Source: Candidatus Gastranaerophilales bacterium
GTDB lineage: Bacteria; Cyanobacteriota; Vampirovibrionia; Gastranaerophilales; Gastranaerophilaceae
Direction: 5' to 3'
NCBI GenBank assembly: GCA_944326685.1
Contig: CALVEV010000037.1
Location: 21,211-85,210 of the forward strand
Length of the DNA: 64,000 nucleotides
How positions within the stretch are numbered: position 1 is the stretch's first letter; the number at the start of each line of letters is the position of its first letter. The notes below the pieces were generated by a model. It was given only the letters and a program-made list of their open reading frames with translations. It was not told the origin of the DNA and did no database searches. Positions 29,282-39,318 of the stretch are shown piece by piece. The translations under genes and the position numbers were made by a program.

Positions 29282-30052
29282 TTAATCTTCGTTAAACTCA
29301 ACTAATTTTTGTTTTCTTATTTTGAAATTTTCGTCAAATTCTTTGTTCCAACCTAACAAATTTTTATCATTATTGTTTAACTCTTTATAGATGCTGTTTG
29401 CTCTAGTAAATATATCTTGAGTTCTCATTTTTCCATTCTCAATATGTCCATGCATAGTAGGTGGATTACCTTTATACTTTGGATTAAATAAGTAGTTCAG
29501 TGCAAGTGCTATGTCTGTTCTATGTTTCCCTTGTGCACAAGCTATGTAAAAGTTGCCATCATCTAATTTTTTAAATAGTGAAGGGAGATTATTTATAATT
29601 TCTCTATCTGATATTGTTTTTGAATCTATAGGGATATGATAATAATTGAAACCTAGGTTTTCGCATTTATGTTTAAATTTTTCTGTATAATCAGAGGTTC
29701 TAAGGTCAATTATTGTATTTATTCCATAATTCTTTATTTGAGGAAGATATTTATTGTTTCTGTCAGCAGATAGACTTTCTCCTCGAAATCCTTTATTCTC
29801 AACTTGTTTTAGATTTGTTATTCCAAGTTGTTTTATTTTTTCAAAGTCAATATTGTTGAATTTAGGTGTTATTATTCCTATATTTTGATAGGTTTTATAA
29901 AATTCAATATTTGTAGGAATATTTTTACTTATATGAGGTTTTGTATAATTGATAATTATATCTTTTTTATTTTTTGATGAGAATTTTATATTTCTTATTT
30001 GTAAATTTTGTTTATTTTTTATTTGCATCTTATTTTGCTTCCATTGTTGCAT
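29282..30052 (-). CDS. CX5R protein-tyrosine/dual-specificity-phosphatase-fold protein
   Basis: P-loop CAQGKHRTD (C-x5-R). GINTIIDLR upstream as in bacterial Y_phosphatase2/3-type enzymes. N/K-rich N-terminus. No signal peptide. Confidence 0.55.
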   Translation of the reverse strand: MQQWKQNKMQIKNKQNLQIRNIKFSSKNKKDIIINYTKPHISKNIPTNIEFYKTYQNIGIITPKFNNIDFEKIKQLGITNLKQVENKGFRGESLSADRNNKYLPQIKNYGINTIIDLRTSDYTEKFKHKCENLGFNYYHIPIDSKTISDREIINNLPSLFKKLDDGNFYIACAQGKHRTDIALALNYLFNPKYKGNPPTMHGHIENGKMRTQDIFTRANSIYKELNNNDKNLLGWNKEFDENFKIRKQKLVEFNED

Positions 30053-30890
30053 TTGTAATTTTAACTAATCTTTGATTTAATTCTTCTTTATTTTTAGGTA
30101 ATCGTTGCATAAATTCAGGAGTTAAACCTAAAGTTTGTAATTCTTCTGGCGTCATTTTTTGTATTTTTTTAAATACGCGTTGTATTCCACAGGTAACATC
30201 ATTTGGCTTTAAATATAAAATAGGTTGTGCCTCTTTTGTATTTGTATTTAAGGCATAGTTGAGTGCTACTGCAAAATCTGTTCTATGAGATCCCATGTTG
30301 CAACCTATATAAACATTCCCTTTGTCCATAGCTTCAAAAAATTTAGGAAATGTTTTAATAGCTTGAAGATCATCTAGTCCATTATTGTAATTTAGTGGAA
30401 CGTGTATATATTCAAGCCCATCAACATAATTTTTTCCGTTATCTACCTTTAATCTTCCATTTAGAGTAGAGTTTACTTCAGCTCTTAAATCTACAATTCT
30501 TTCGATTCCATTTTCTTTTGTTTTTTCAAGTGCTGATTTGGGTAAAGTTACAATATTACGACCTCTAACACTATTATTGCCAATAGGTGCAAGTCTTATT
30601 TCTTTTCCTGGTTTTGAAAATTGTTCATTTAATTCTTTAAGATGTTCAAATATCTCGTTAGATTTTCCTTTTACTACTGTTTTAGAAACATTATAATTCG
30701 TGAATAATTGAGGATACATGTGAGCTCGAATAGCATCATATACTGAAGGTTCATATGCTCCATCAAAAGCAATTCTTTCATAGGAATCAGGTATATGTTT
30801 TGTTGCTTTATTTATAACTTTTTGGGTGCTTTTTAAGGTGTTTTGAGCTACTGTTTTAACATTTTTCCCAATTAAATTCATATTAACCAT
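30030..30890 (-). CDS. CX5R phosphatase-fold protein (paralog of 29282..30052)
   Basis: P-loop CNMGSHRTD and GIERIVDLR. Same spacing and downstream ALNY motif as its neighbour. 23-nt overlap with the downstream gene. Confidence 0.55.
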   Translation of the reverse strand: MVNMNLIGKNVKTVAQNTLKSTQKVINKATKHIPDSYERIAFDGAYEPSVYDAIRAHMYPQLFTNYNVSKTVVKGKSNEIFEHLKELNEQFSKPGKEIRLAPIGNNSVRGRNIVTLPKSALEKTKENGIERIVDLRAEVNSTLNGRLKVDNGKNYVDGLEYIHVPLNYNNGLDDLQAIKTFPKFFEAMDKGNVYIGCNMGSHRTDFAVALNYALNTNTKEAQPILYLKPNDVTCGIQRVFKKIQKMTPEELQTLGLTPEFMQRLPKNKEELNQRLVKITNATMEAK

Positions 30891-31033
30891 TAATAAAATC
30901 CTTATAACACTGACCTTATATTGTTATAAAGTTTATTTGTTTTTAAAAATTGATATTTTTGTAAATATTGTAACTTTTTATTTTTTCATGCTCTTTATTG
31001 GTTGATAATTTGGCAAATTCTGCTTTAAATATT

Positions 31034-31933
31034 TTATTTATTAAATACTATTTTTTTTGTCTTTTCAAGATTAAGAGAATCTACTCCATATTGTTTTACT
31101 ATATCAAAGACTTCTTTTAATAGTTTATTTCCTTTTTTATGTGTTTTGACAATATTTATTTGTTTCTCAAAGTTATCCTTTGCAACTTTATCAGGATATA
31201 TTTTACCATTTCCGAAAATTAAAAGTTTTACTAAGTTCCTTTTTGCTAATCCGGCTTTAGCGCATTCGGCACTCGGAGAAACATTGAATTTTGATTGAAC
31301 TATTCCCATGTTTTCTTCTGACAAATTTTCAAAGAATGATTTCCCTTTTGGAGCTTTTTGAAGCAATGATTCATTAACATTGTATAAATATGCAATAACT
31401 GCATCTTTTTCATTTTGTTTTAATTTTTTGTATGTAGAATCTGCAATATTAGCTTTTAAAATAGAGTCCTTTTGATTAATCGCAAGATTAAGTAGGCTAT
31501 CAGCCATTTTTTCAGAAATATAATCTCCTTCAAATGCCTGTTGTCCATTTGCAAGCTTAATACTATTTAATCCTGTAATTCCTTGTCCTACAGTTACTAA
31601 AGTCCCTTTATCTCCATTGATTTTTCTAATAGCTTTATCAGCTTTTCCTGCATACACTCTATAATATAAGGCTCCTAAGGTGTCATTAGGAGAATATTTC
31701 GATATTTCATCTGCTGTAATAATTTTTGTATTTTTAGGTACGTTAATTAATCTAGTTGCTTCTCTATCTCCTCTTTCAAGTATAGAAATGAGTTTTTTTG
31801 TTGAACAGCTTATAGTATCTATATTTACATGTGCAGCTTTGTTTACTTGTTCTCCACAAGAACCAAGACCAATTACAGCAGATAACCCAAGGGCTTTAGT
31901 ATATGTACTTATTTTTCTTCCAATATTCATCAC
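31034..31933 (-). CDS. putative lipoprotein with tentative T4-lysozyme-like (GH24-fold) domain
   Basis: Lipobox-like LGSC at aa 23-26. TLVTVGQGITG, EKDAVIAYLYNVN and GLAKRNLVKLLIFGNG recall the GH24 scaffold, but I cannot place the catalytic Glu. Confidence 0.3.
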   Translation of the reverse strand: MMNIGRKISTYTKALGLSAVIGLGSCGEQVNKAAHVNIDTISCSTKKLISILERGDREATRLINVPKNTKIITADEISKYSPNDTLGALYYRVYAGKADKAIRKINGDKGTLVTVGQGITGLNSIKLANGQQAFEGDYISEKMADSLLNLAINQKDSILKANIADSTYKKLKQNEKDAVIAYLYNVNESLLQKAPKGKSFFENLSEENMGIVQSKFNVSPSAECAKAGLAKRNLVKLLIFGNGKIYPDKVAKDNFEKQINIVKTHKKGNKLLKEVFDIVKQYGVDSLNLEKTKKIVFNK

Positions 31934-32033
31934 TTATTAAAAAAGCAAAAATAAAAAAAATTGCTATAATTCCCGATTGATTATACAAATAATTTCATGT
32001 ATCATAAGAAGTATAGTAGTTTAGGAGTAAATC

Positions 32034-32378
32034 ATGACTTTAAGAAATGAACGTGTAAGAAAAGAATTAATGAGAGAAATCTCTGATATCTTAAGACGAG
32101 AAGTAAGAGGTTTAGAAGGTGTTGTATCAATTGTAGATGTAGAAGTATCTCATGATAACTCTTATGCAAAAGTTATTTATAGTGTTTTGGGTTCAGAAGA
32201 ACAAATTGAAAAATCTAAAGAAGTAATAGAAAAAAGTACTCCAAAAATTAGATACGAAGTAGGTCGTAGAATTAGATTAAGATTAACTCCAGAATTACGA
32301 TTTGTTTATTCAAATGGTCTTGAAGAAGGTTCAAGAGTTACTGAATTAATCAATAAGATTTCAAGAGGCGAAATCTAA
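32034..32378 (+). CDS. rbfA: ribosome-binding factor A
   Basis: R..RV...L..EIS.IL N-terminus, AKV.YSV, R.RL.P.L.F. 114 aa. Followed by truB. Confidence 0.88.
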   Translation: MTLRNERVRKELMREISDILRREVRGLEGVVSIVDVEVSHDNSYAKVIYSVLGSEEQIEKSKEVIEKSTPKIRYEVGRRIRLRLTPELRFVYSNGLEEGSRVTELINKISRGEI

Positions 32379-32381
32379 TCA

Positions 32382-33236
32382 ATGCAAGGTTTTTTGAATG
32401 TATATAAACCTAAAGGTATGACATCTCATGATGTCGTTGCTGTTTTGCGTCGTGTGACTAAAATTAAACAAATCGGGCACACTGGGACATTAGATCCTTT
32501 TGCTGAAGGTGTTTTACCTATATGTATAGGTAAAGCTACAAGGCTGATAGAATATTTAGCCGATGATAAAGCTTATATTGCAACTCTTCAATTTGGCAAA
32601 ACAACTGATACTTATGATATAGAGGGACAATTTGTATCACAGAGTAGCAAGAAAATTTCTAAAGATGATGTTATCAATATTTTGAAAAAATATGAAGGAG
32701 AAATAGAGCAAGTTCCTCCAATTTATTCTGCACTAAAAGTTAATGGAAAAAAACTTTATGAATATGCAAGAGAAGGTAAGGATGTTGAGATTAAATCAAG
32801 AAAAGTTGTAATAGAAAAAATAGAATTACTTTCTTTTGATGATGAGCAACAACAAGCAGAAATTTATGTTAAATGCTCAAAAGGAACTTATATAAGAAGT
32901 TTAGGTTTTGATATTGGCAACGATTTAGAATGTGGAGCTTATCTTTCTAAATTAGTAAGAGTCCAAGCAGGTGATTTTAAGCTTGAAGATTCTATCAAGT
33001 TAGATGATTTATCATCATATGTTGTTGTTGAAAAAAATATAACTCCTTCAATAGATAAAATCCCTCTGCAAAAAGTTGTTATAAATGATGTGGAAATAAA
33101 AAGAGTTTCAAATGGTTTACAGATATATCCAAGAGCAGGAATTGCAGGCATGGTCGGGTTAATATATTCTGGTAATTTAGTTGGAGTTGCTCTTGCGACT
33201 GAACAAGAAATAAAAGTTAAAAAATTCATAGGTTAA
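32382..33236 (+). CDS. truB: tRNA pseudouridine-55 synthase
   Basis: G.LNVYKP.GMTSHDVV, GHTGTLDPFAEGVLPI (catalytic Asp), PP.YSALKV.GK.LYE.AR.G. Confidence 0.9.
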   Translation: MQGFLNVYKPKGMTSHDVVAVLRRVTKIKQIGHTGTLDPFAEGVLPICIGKATRLIEYLADDKAYIATLQFGKTTDTYDIEGQFVSQSSKKISKDDVINILKKYEGEIEQVPPIYSALKVNGKKLYEYAREGKDVEIKSRKVVIEKIELLSFDDEQQQAEIYVKCSKGTYIRSLGFDIGNDLECGAYLSKLVRVQAGDFKLEDSIKLDDLSSYVVVEKNITPSIDKIPLQKVVINDVEIKRVSNGLQIYPRAGIAGMVGLIYSGNLVGVALATEQEIKVKKFIG

Positions 33237-33238
33237 AA

Positions 33239-34363
33239 ATGCATATAGATAAATTTAAAGTAGAAGAATGGTTTAATGAGTATGAACCAAAAGCTAAATA
33301 TAATTTAGCTGATATTTGTATTGATTCTATGTCTATAAAAGAGCTTTTAGAGATAGGGGGAAATGAAGAGGGACGTAGTTTTGTTTTAAAGGAGTTATAT
33401 AACAAAAAATTAGGATATGGTGATATTCAAGGATCTCAAAGGTTAAAAGAAGCAATTTTATCAATGTATAATTCTCAAACCTTAGAAAATATAACTGTTA
33501 CACATGGTGCAATAGGTGCAAATGAACTTGTATATAAGGCATTAGTGGAAAAGGGAGATGAAGTAATTTCAATATTACCTGCTTACCAACAACATTATTC
33601 GATTCCAGAATCATTAGGTGCCAATGTCAAAAAGTTATTATTGAAACCTGAAAATAATTGGTTGCCTGATATTAATGAATTAAAGTCGTTAATCAGTCCA
33701 AAAACAAAGTTGATATCAATGACAAATCCTAATAACCCGACAGGTTCTGTCATAACTGATGATTTAATGAAAGAAATAATATCTGTATCAAATGGTGCTT
33801 ATATATTAGTTGATGAAGTATATAGAGGTATTGTTTCTGATGAAAAATACAATACAACTTCAATTGCTGATTTATATGAAAAAGGTATTTCGACTTCATC
33901 TTTATCAAAAGCATTTTCTCTTGCGGGTTTAAGAGTCGGTTGGGTTGTAACCTCAAAAAATGTTATTAATAATATAAATCACCATAGAGAGTATAATACA
34001 ATTAGTGTGAGTATATTAGATGATTATTTTGCATCAATTGCAATTGAAAATAAAGAAAAAATATTTGAAAGAAATATAATAAAACGAGAAAAAGGTCTTG
34101 AAATTTTAAAAGATTGGTTAAAAACAGAATCTCATATAAGTTGTGTTATTCCAAATGGTGCAACAAGTGCTTTTATTCATTATGATTTAGAAATGTCTTC
34201 TTATGATTTATGTAAAAAGCTATTAAAAGATACTGGAATATTGTTTCTTCCAGGAGAGACGTTAGAAATGGATAAGTTTTTGAGAATGGGATATTGCAAT
34301 AATCCAGAAAAATTGAAAATAACATTAAATTTATTTTCAGATTGGATGAAAAATAATAGTTAA
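33239..34363 (+). CDS. class I/II PLP-dependent aminotransferase
   Basis: NPNNPTG and SLSKAFSLAGLRVGW (PLP-Lys box). Confidence 0.8.
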   Translation: MHIDKFKVEEWFNEYEPKAKYNLADICIDSMSIKELLEIGGNEEGRSFVLKELYNKKLGYGDIQGSQRLKEAILSMYNSQTLENITVTHGAIGANELVYKALVEKGDEVISILPAYQQHYSIPESLGANVKKLLLKPENNWLPDINELKSLISPKTKLISMTNPNNPTGSVITDDLMKEIISVSNGAYILVDEVYRGIVSDEKYNTTSIADLYEKGISTSSLSKAFSLAGLRVGWVVTSKNVINNINHHREYNTISVSILDDYFASIAIENKEKIFERNIIKREKGLEILKDWLKTESHISCVIPNGATSAFIHYDLEMSSYDLCKKLLKDTGILFLPGETLEMDKFLRMGYCNNPEKLKITLNLFSDWMKNNS

Positions 34364-34397
34364 TAAACGGTCGTCAATTATAGTTTTTTTTGATATA

Positions 34398-36629
34398 ATG
34401 AATTTAATGGACGGAAGTTTAAAAAAGTTATCAATTGCATTTTATTGGCATATGCATCAACCAGCTTATGAGTTGGATTCTGTTTATTTGATGCCTTGGG
34501 CAAGACTCCATGCTGTAAAAGATTATTTGGATATGGTTTTGATATTAGAAAAACATCCTAATATCAAATTAAATTTTAATGTTGTTCCTGCGTTGATTGA
34601 TAGTATTATAGATTATTCTGAAAATGGGTTTCATGATATTCATTCAAGTCTGACAGTTACACCTGTTGAAGATTTATCTGCAAGTGAAAAAGAATATATT
34701 TTAAAAAACTTTTTTACAGCAGAATATGAAACGATGATTTTCCATCATCCAACATATAGAAAATTATTTAAAAAAAGATTTGCTAAAAAAGAAATAAATG
34801 TTGAAGATTTTTCAGATCAAGAATATTCTGATTTAATGGCATTATTTAATTTAGCTTGGATTGATCCTACTCATTTAAGTCGTTTCCCTGAGTTAAGACA
34901 AATAGCTGCTAAAGAAAAAGGTTTTACATTAAAAGATAGAATAAAAATAATTGATTTACATAGAAAAATTATTTCACAAATTATTCCAACTTATAGAGAA
35001 TATATAGCTCAAGGTCGAATAGAGATTACAACAAGCCCGTATAATCATCCAATATTACCAATATTATGTGATTATCAAACTGCAATAAAAGATTTATATA
35101 TTCAAGAAAATTTACCTGAAAATATGGATTTATATTCAGATGCATATATGCAAGTAAAAATGGCTATTGAACGTGTAGAAGAAGTTTTTGGAGTTACTCC
35201 TAAAGGTATTTGGGCTTCAGAACATTGTTTAACTTCCAAAGTATTAGATTTATTAGCAAGTCTAGGTATAAAATGGACTGTTTCTGATGAATCAATATTA
35301 TCTAAAACAATTAATTTTGAATTTATAAGAGATTTTAAAGGAAATTTAGAAGATCCATATCACTTGTTAAAAGTATATGATTATAAAAAGAATGAATCTA
35401 ATATAAATTTGATTTTTAGAGATTCTTCTATTTCTAATTTAATAAATTTTGAATATACCAACATAAATTCAAAAAATGCAGCTGATGATTTGTATAACAA
35501 AATTAAATTATTGCAAAGCAAATTATTAGTTTCTCCTGATAATAATCATCTTTTAACAATAGCTCAAGATGGTGAGAATTGCTGGGAAAGATACAAGGGT
35601 GATGGTGCTGAATTTTTAAATGAACTATATTCTTTAATAGAAAAAGATGAAACATTAGAAACGGTTTTAATATCAGATTATATAGAAAAAGATAATACAA
35701 AACGTTTTATTGATGAAATATATCCAGGTTCTTGGATAAATAAAGATTTCTTATTTTGGATAGGGGATCCTGTTAAAAATTTAGCTTGGAATTATTTAGC
35801 AACTGTAAGAAATGATATTATTAAATTATCATCAGGACTGCAAGATGATTCATTGATAAATAAAGCCATGCGTGAAATTTATATAGCCGAAGGAAGCGAT
35901 TGGTTTTGGTGGTATGGTGAACCTAATAATTCGGGGCAAGATAATGTTTTTGATTATATATTTAGAGAGCATTTAAAAAATGCTTATAAAGTGTTAGGTG
36001 AAAATTATCCAGATTTTTTAGATAAGTCTGCGATAGCATTAGCTTATCAAAATATTATAGAAGATGAAACTTATTCTAATGTCTTTGATTCAAATGTAGA
36101 TTTTATTGGTAGTTTTGATTTAATTGATGGCCCAGTATATAGAGAAAATAAATTGTGCGATAAGATTGATTACGGTTATGATGACAATAATGTATTTTTC
36201 AGATTGCATATGAATCCAAGTTTTAAAGATATGGATGTATCACGCCCAAGAATTTCTCATTTTTTAATTTATTTAAAGAAAAAAACATCTGTAAGAAATT
36301 CTTCTAATTTAAGAATAGCAGTTAAACATGGAGCAATGTTTCCATTATTGAAGAAAAAATATAATCATGAATTGATGCTAACATTTGTGGGTAAAATGAT
36401 GTATCAACCTACCTTCTCAAATGCTATTGCTGATAATTTATGGGAAACAAGAGATTTTCAAAATATAAATATGCCAATAAATGAAATTGTTGATATTTCA
36501 ATACCATTTGATGATTTAGGAATTAAGCCTGGACAAAAGTTAGAAGTCTTATTTATTGCGGGTTGTAATGGTGTATGTCGTGCATTTATGCCAAAAGACT
36601 CTTTATTAGAGATTGTTCGTCCAAAGTAG
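34398..36629 (+). CDS. glycoside hydrolase family 57 protein (alpha-glucan-active)
   Basis: FYWHMHQPAY N-terminus, WASEHC, AQDGENCWE and EGSDWFWWYGE motifs characteristic of GH57. Confidence 0.78.
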   Translation: MNLMDGSLKKLSIAFYWHMHQPAYELDSVYLMPWARLHAVKDYLDMVLILEKHPNIKLNFNVVPALIDSIIDYSENGFHDIHSSLTVTPVEDLSASEKEYILKNFFTAEYETMIFHHPTYRKLFKKRFAKKEINVEDFSDQEYSDLMALFNLAWIDPTHLSRFPELRQIAAKEKGFTLKDRIKIIDLHRKIISQIIPTYREYIAQGRIEITTSPYNHPILPILCDYQTAIKDLYIQENLPENMDLYSDAYMQVKMAIERVEEVFGVTPKGIWASEHCLTSKVLDLLASLGIKWTVSDESILSKTINFEFIRDFKGNLEDPYHLLKVYDYKKNESNINLIFRDSSISNLINFEYTNINSKNAADDLYNKIKLLQSKLLVSPDNNHLLTIAQDGENCWERYKGDGAEFLNELYSLIEKDETLETVLISDYIEKDNTKRFIDEIYPGSWINKDFLFWIGDPVKNLAWNYLATVRNDIIKLSSGLQDDSLINKAMREIYIAEGSDWFWWYGEPNNSGQDNVFDYIFREHLKNAYKVLGENYPDFLDKSAIALAYQNIIEDETYSNVFDSNVDFIGSFDLIDGPVYRENKLCDKIDYGYDDNNVFFRLHMNPSFKDMDVSRPRISHFLIYLKKKTSVRNSSNLRIAVKHGAMFPLLKKKYNHELMLTFVGKMMYQPTFSNAIADNLWETRDFQNINMPINEIVDISIPFDDLGIKPGQKLEVLFIAGCNGVCRAFMPKDSLLEIVRPK

Positions 36630-37371
36630 CATCTAAGGGGATACCAATTAGATAATTTTGCAAATATCCTTCAATTGTATTTTTAGGTTGAGGTGTCCAA
36701 AATGTTTCAAATTTGTGGGGAATTTTTTGCTCAATAAGGTATGGATAAATATATGGGATATCGTATGATGTTAGATTGATATGGAATAAGTTTTTATTTT
36801 TTAGGATGTTGTGGATTTTATTAAATCTTTTTAGTCTTAATTCTGTATCCAAATTAATCTCTTTTAACATTCTTATAGTTTTCATTGATGCAAGTTTGAT
36901 GTTTTCAGAAATATCAAAGTTTCTATTTTTTAAATCAGTATTTTTTAATGTTTTATATGATGTATCATTTTTAAATTTTTCATTAATAATTTTGTTTGTG
37001 TATAATAGGCTTCCATCAGGAACAGGTAAAAATTTGCGTATAGAATTAAACCCAGCAATCCCAACTTCTGGCATGTTATAGCCGTGAGAATTATCTACAA
37101 TAAGATTTTTATATCGTGCAGCTAATTCTATTACATTTTTTGTATTAATTCCAAAATAGTTTGTGTATAAGATAAAGGCATTTTTAGGAAATTCAAGAGT
37201 TGGAAGAAAATTTATATTGATATGATAAAATTTAATCTTGCATTTTTCCGCTCTAACGGCTTGCCAAACAGAGGGACAGGTATAATAAGGCAGGTATATT
37301 TCTTTAATTTTATAAGCTCTTATTATGTATCTTAGAGAATTTCTACCACAGTTAAGTAAAATTTTTTCCAT
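36586..37371 (-). CDS. short DegT/DnrJ/EryC1/StrS (WecE-like) aminotransferase-fold protein (tentative)
   Basis: CGRNSLRYI...IYLPYYTC...VDNSHG...FNSIRKFLPVPDGSLLY follows the order of DegT-family motifs, including a candidate PLP-Lys. 261 aa is short for the family. The 3' end overlaps the convergent GH57 gene by 44 nt. Confidence 0.35.
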   Translation of the reverse strand: MEKILLNCGRNSLRYIIRAYKIKEIYLPYYTCPSVWQAVRAEKCKIKFYHININFLPTLEFPKNAFILYTNYFGINTKNVIELAARYKNLIVDNSHGYNMPEVGIAGFNSIRKFLPVPDGSLLYTNKIINEKFKNDTSYKTLKNTDLKNRNFDISENIKLASMKTIRMLKEINLDTELRLKRFNKIHNILKNKNLFHINLTSYDIPYIYPYLIEQKIPHKFETFWTPQPKNTIEGYLQNYLIGIPLDATLDEQSLIKSLLA

Positions 37372-37641
37372 TTTATAATTATAATCTAAATTAATATTTT
37401 GTAATATTTAAAAAATATCATATTTTTTATATTTTTTTATAAATCAAATAAAAAAATATAATTTAAGTCTAATTATTTAAATAATAAAAAAACAATAGAA
37501 TATTTTTTTTTAAATTTGCATTAATTTAAACTAGGAACCTTTCTTTATCTATTCTTAATATCTAAACATATTGACCATATTAGAAATATGTATTTTAATT
37601 AAATACGTAAATAGAGAAGTTAGAGAATAATTGGAGGCTTT

Positions 37642-39006
37642 ATGAGTGAATTCACTTATCAAAGAACAGATGGTAAAAATTATACAGAAGAGGATATAAA
37701 AAAAATAATAAAGGAACGAAATATTCGTTTTATAAAGTTACAATTCGTTGATATTAACGGTCAGGTAAAAAATATATCAATTCCAGCAACTCATATTGAT
37801 AAAGTATTAGCAAATGAAATTATGTTAGATGGTTCATCAATAAAAGGTTTTAGAAATATAGAAACATCTGATATGTTTTTCTATCCTGATAAAAACACAT
37901 TTGAAGTATTACCTTGGAGAGATATTGAAGGTTACGAATCAGCAAGAATTATTTGTGATATTTATAATGCTGATGGAACACCTTTTGAAGGTTGCCCAAG
38001 ATGTAATTTGAAAAGATTAATGAATGAAGCTAAAAAGTTAGGTTTTACAATGAATATGGGGCCAGAAGCTGAATTCTTTTTATTTGCTAAAGATGAGAAT
38101 GGTAATATTACAACAACTACAATGGATAAAGCAGGTTATTATGATGTAGGACCTGAGGATTTAGGTGAAGATGTAAGATCGGATATTGTTAATACTTTGC
38201 ATGAAATGAATTTTGATATAGAGGCATCACATCATGAAGTTGCAGATGGACAACATGAAGTTGATTTTAAATATGCTGATATTTTAACAACTGCAGATAA
38301 TGTTGCAACATTTAAGGTTGTAGTAAAAGCAATTTCTGCATTACACGGATTACATGCAACATTTATGCCAAAACCAATTTATGGTATTAATGGATCTGGT
38401 ATGCACTGCAATATTTCAATGTTTAAAGATGGTAAGAATGCTTTTTATGATGAAAATGCTGAATATCAACTTTCTGATGTAGCAAAATATGCAATTGGCG
38501 GATTGTTAAAACACGTTAAAAGTATTACTGCAATATTAAATCCAACAGTAAATAGTTATAAACGTTTGGTACCAGGATATGAAGCACCAGTGTATTTAGC
38601 TTGGTCTTTGGCTAATAGAAGTGCATTATTAAGAGTTCCTGCAAAACGTGGAGTTGCAACTAGGGTTGAGTTGAGATCACCTGATCCTGCTTGTAATCCA
38701 TATTTAGCATTTGCTACAATATTAGAAGCTTGCTTGGATGGAATCAGAAATAAAATAGATCCTCCAGCTCCAGTTGAAGCTAATATTTATAAATTAACTA
38801 GTAAGGAAAGAAAAAGACAAAAGATTGATTCTCTTCCAGGGACATTGAGTGAAGCTGTAGAATTATTAGATAAATCATTAGTTGCAAATGCTGCATTAGG
38901 ACAGCATATAATGAATGAATTTGTTACAGCGAAAGAAAAAGAATGGGATGATTATAGAATTTCTGTAACACAATGGGAAATAGATAAATATCTAGCAAGA
39001 TATTAA
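37642..39006 (+). CDS. glnA: glutamine synthetase, type I
   Basis: FDGSSI.GF-like MLDGSSIKGF, GPEAEFFLF, GSGMHCN, NPTVNSYKRL, SPDPACNPYLAFA. Confidence 0.93.
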   Translation: MSEFTYQRTDGKNYTEEDIKKIIKERNIRFIKLQFVDINGQVKNISIPATHIDKVLANEIMLDGSSIKGFRNIETSDMFFYPDKNTFEVLPWRDIEGYESARIICDIYNADGTPFEGCPRCNLKRLMNEAKKLGFTMNMGPEAEFFLFAKDENGNITTTTMDKAGYYDVGPEDLGEDVRSDIVNTLHEMNFDIEASHHEVADGQHEVDFKYADILTTADNVATFKVVVKAISALHGLHATFMPKPIYGINGSGMHCNISMFKDGKNAFYDENAEYQLSDVAKYAIGGLLKHVKSITAILNPTVNSYKRLVPGYEAPVYLAWSLANRSALLRVPAKRGVATRVELRSPDPACNPYLAFATILEACLDGIRNKIDPPAPVEANIYKLTSKERKRQKIDSLPGTLSEAVELLDKSLVANAALGQHIMNEFVTAKEKEWDDYRISVTQWEIDKYLARY

Positions 39007-39034
39007 TCATATTTTATGAAGCGAACATTAAATG

Positions 39035-39063
39035 AGCGTGGGATAAAAATTCCACGCTTTTTT
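39035..39063 (+). terminator. rho-independent terminator after glnA
   Basis: AGCGTGG (39035-39041) / CCACGCT (39052-39058) plus T6. Confidence 0.7.
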
Positions 39064-39318
39064 AATTATACCTTTTTATTTAAAAAGCAATGTGTTTAGA
39101 TGCTTGCATACCAATTTTTTCTAGATGTGCAAGAATTTTTGAAATAATGTAATGAATAAATCTCATTATAACTCCTTTAATAAAGTAGTTACATTTTTAG
39201 TAATTGTTGATTTTAACAGAACTTCTACTTACATTATAATCATTTTTTAATAATATGCAAGCCCTTTATTTATAGGGGTTTCATATATTTTAATATGGTA
39301 AAAAATACACTTATATTA

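Noticed and set aside
37590-37606. Near-palindrome GTATTTTAATTAAATAC upstream of glnA as an NtcA site.
   Set aside because: NtcA boxes are GTA-N8-TAC and this is GTA-N11-TAC. AT-rich palindromes are frequent in this promoter region.
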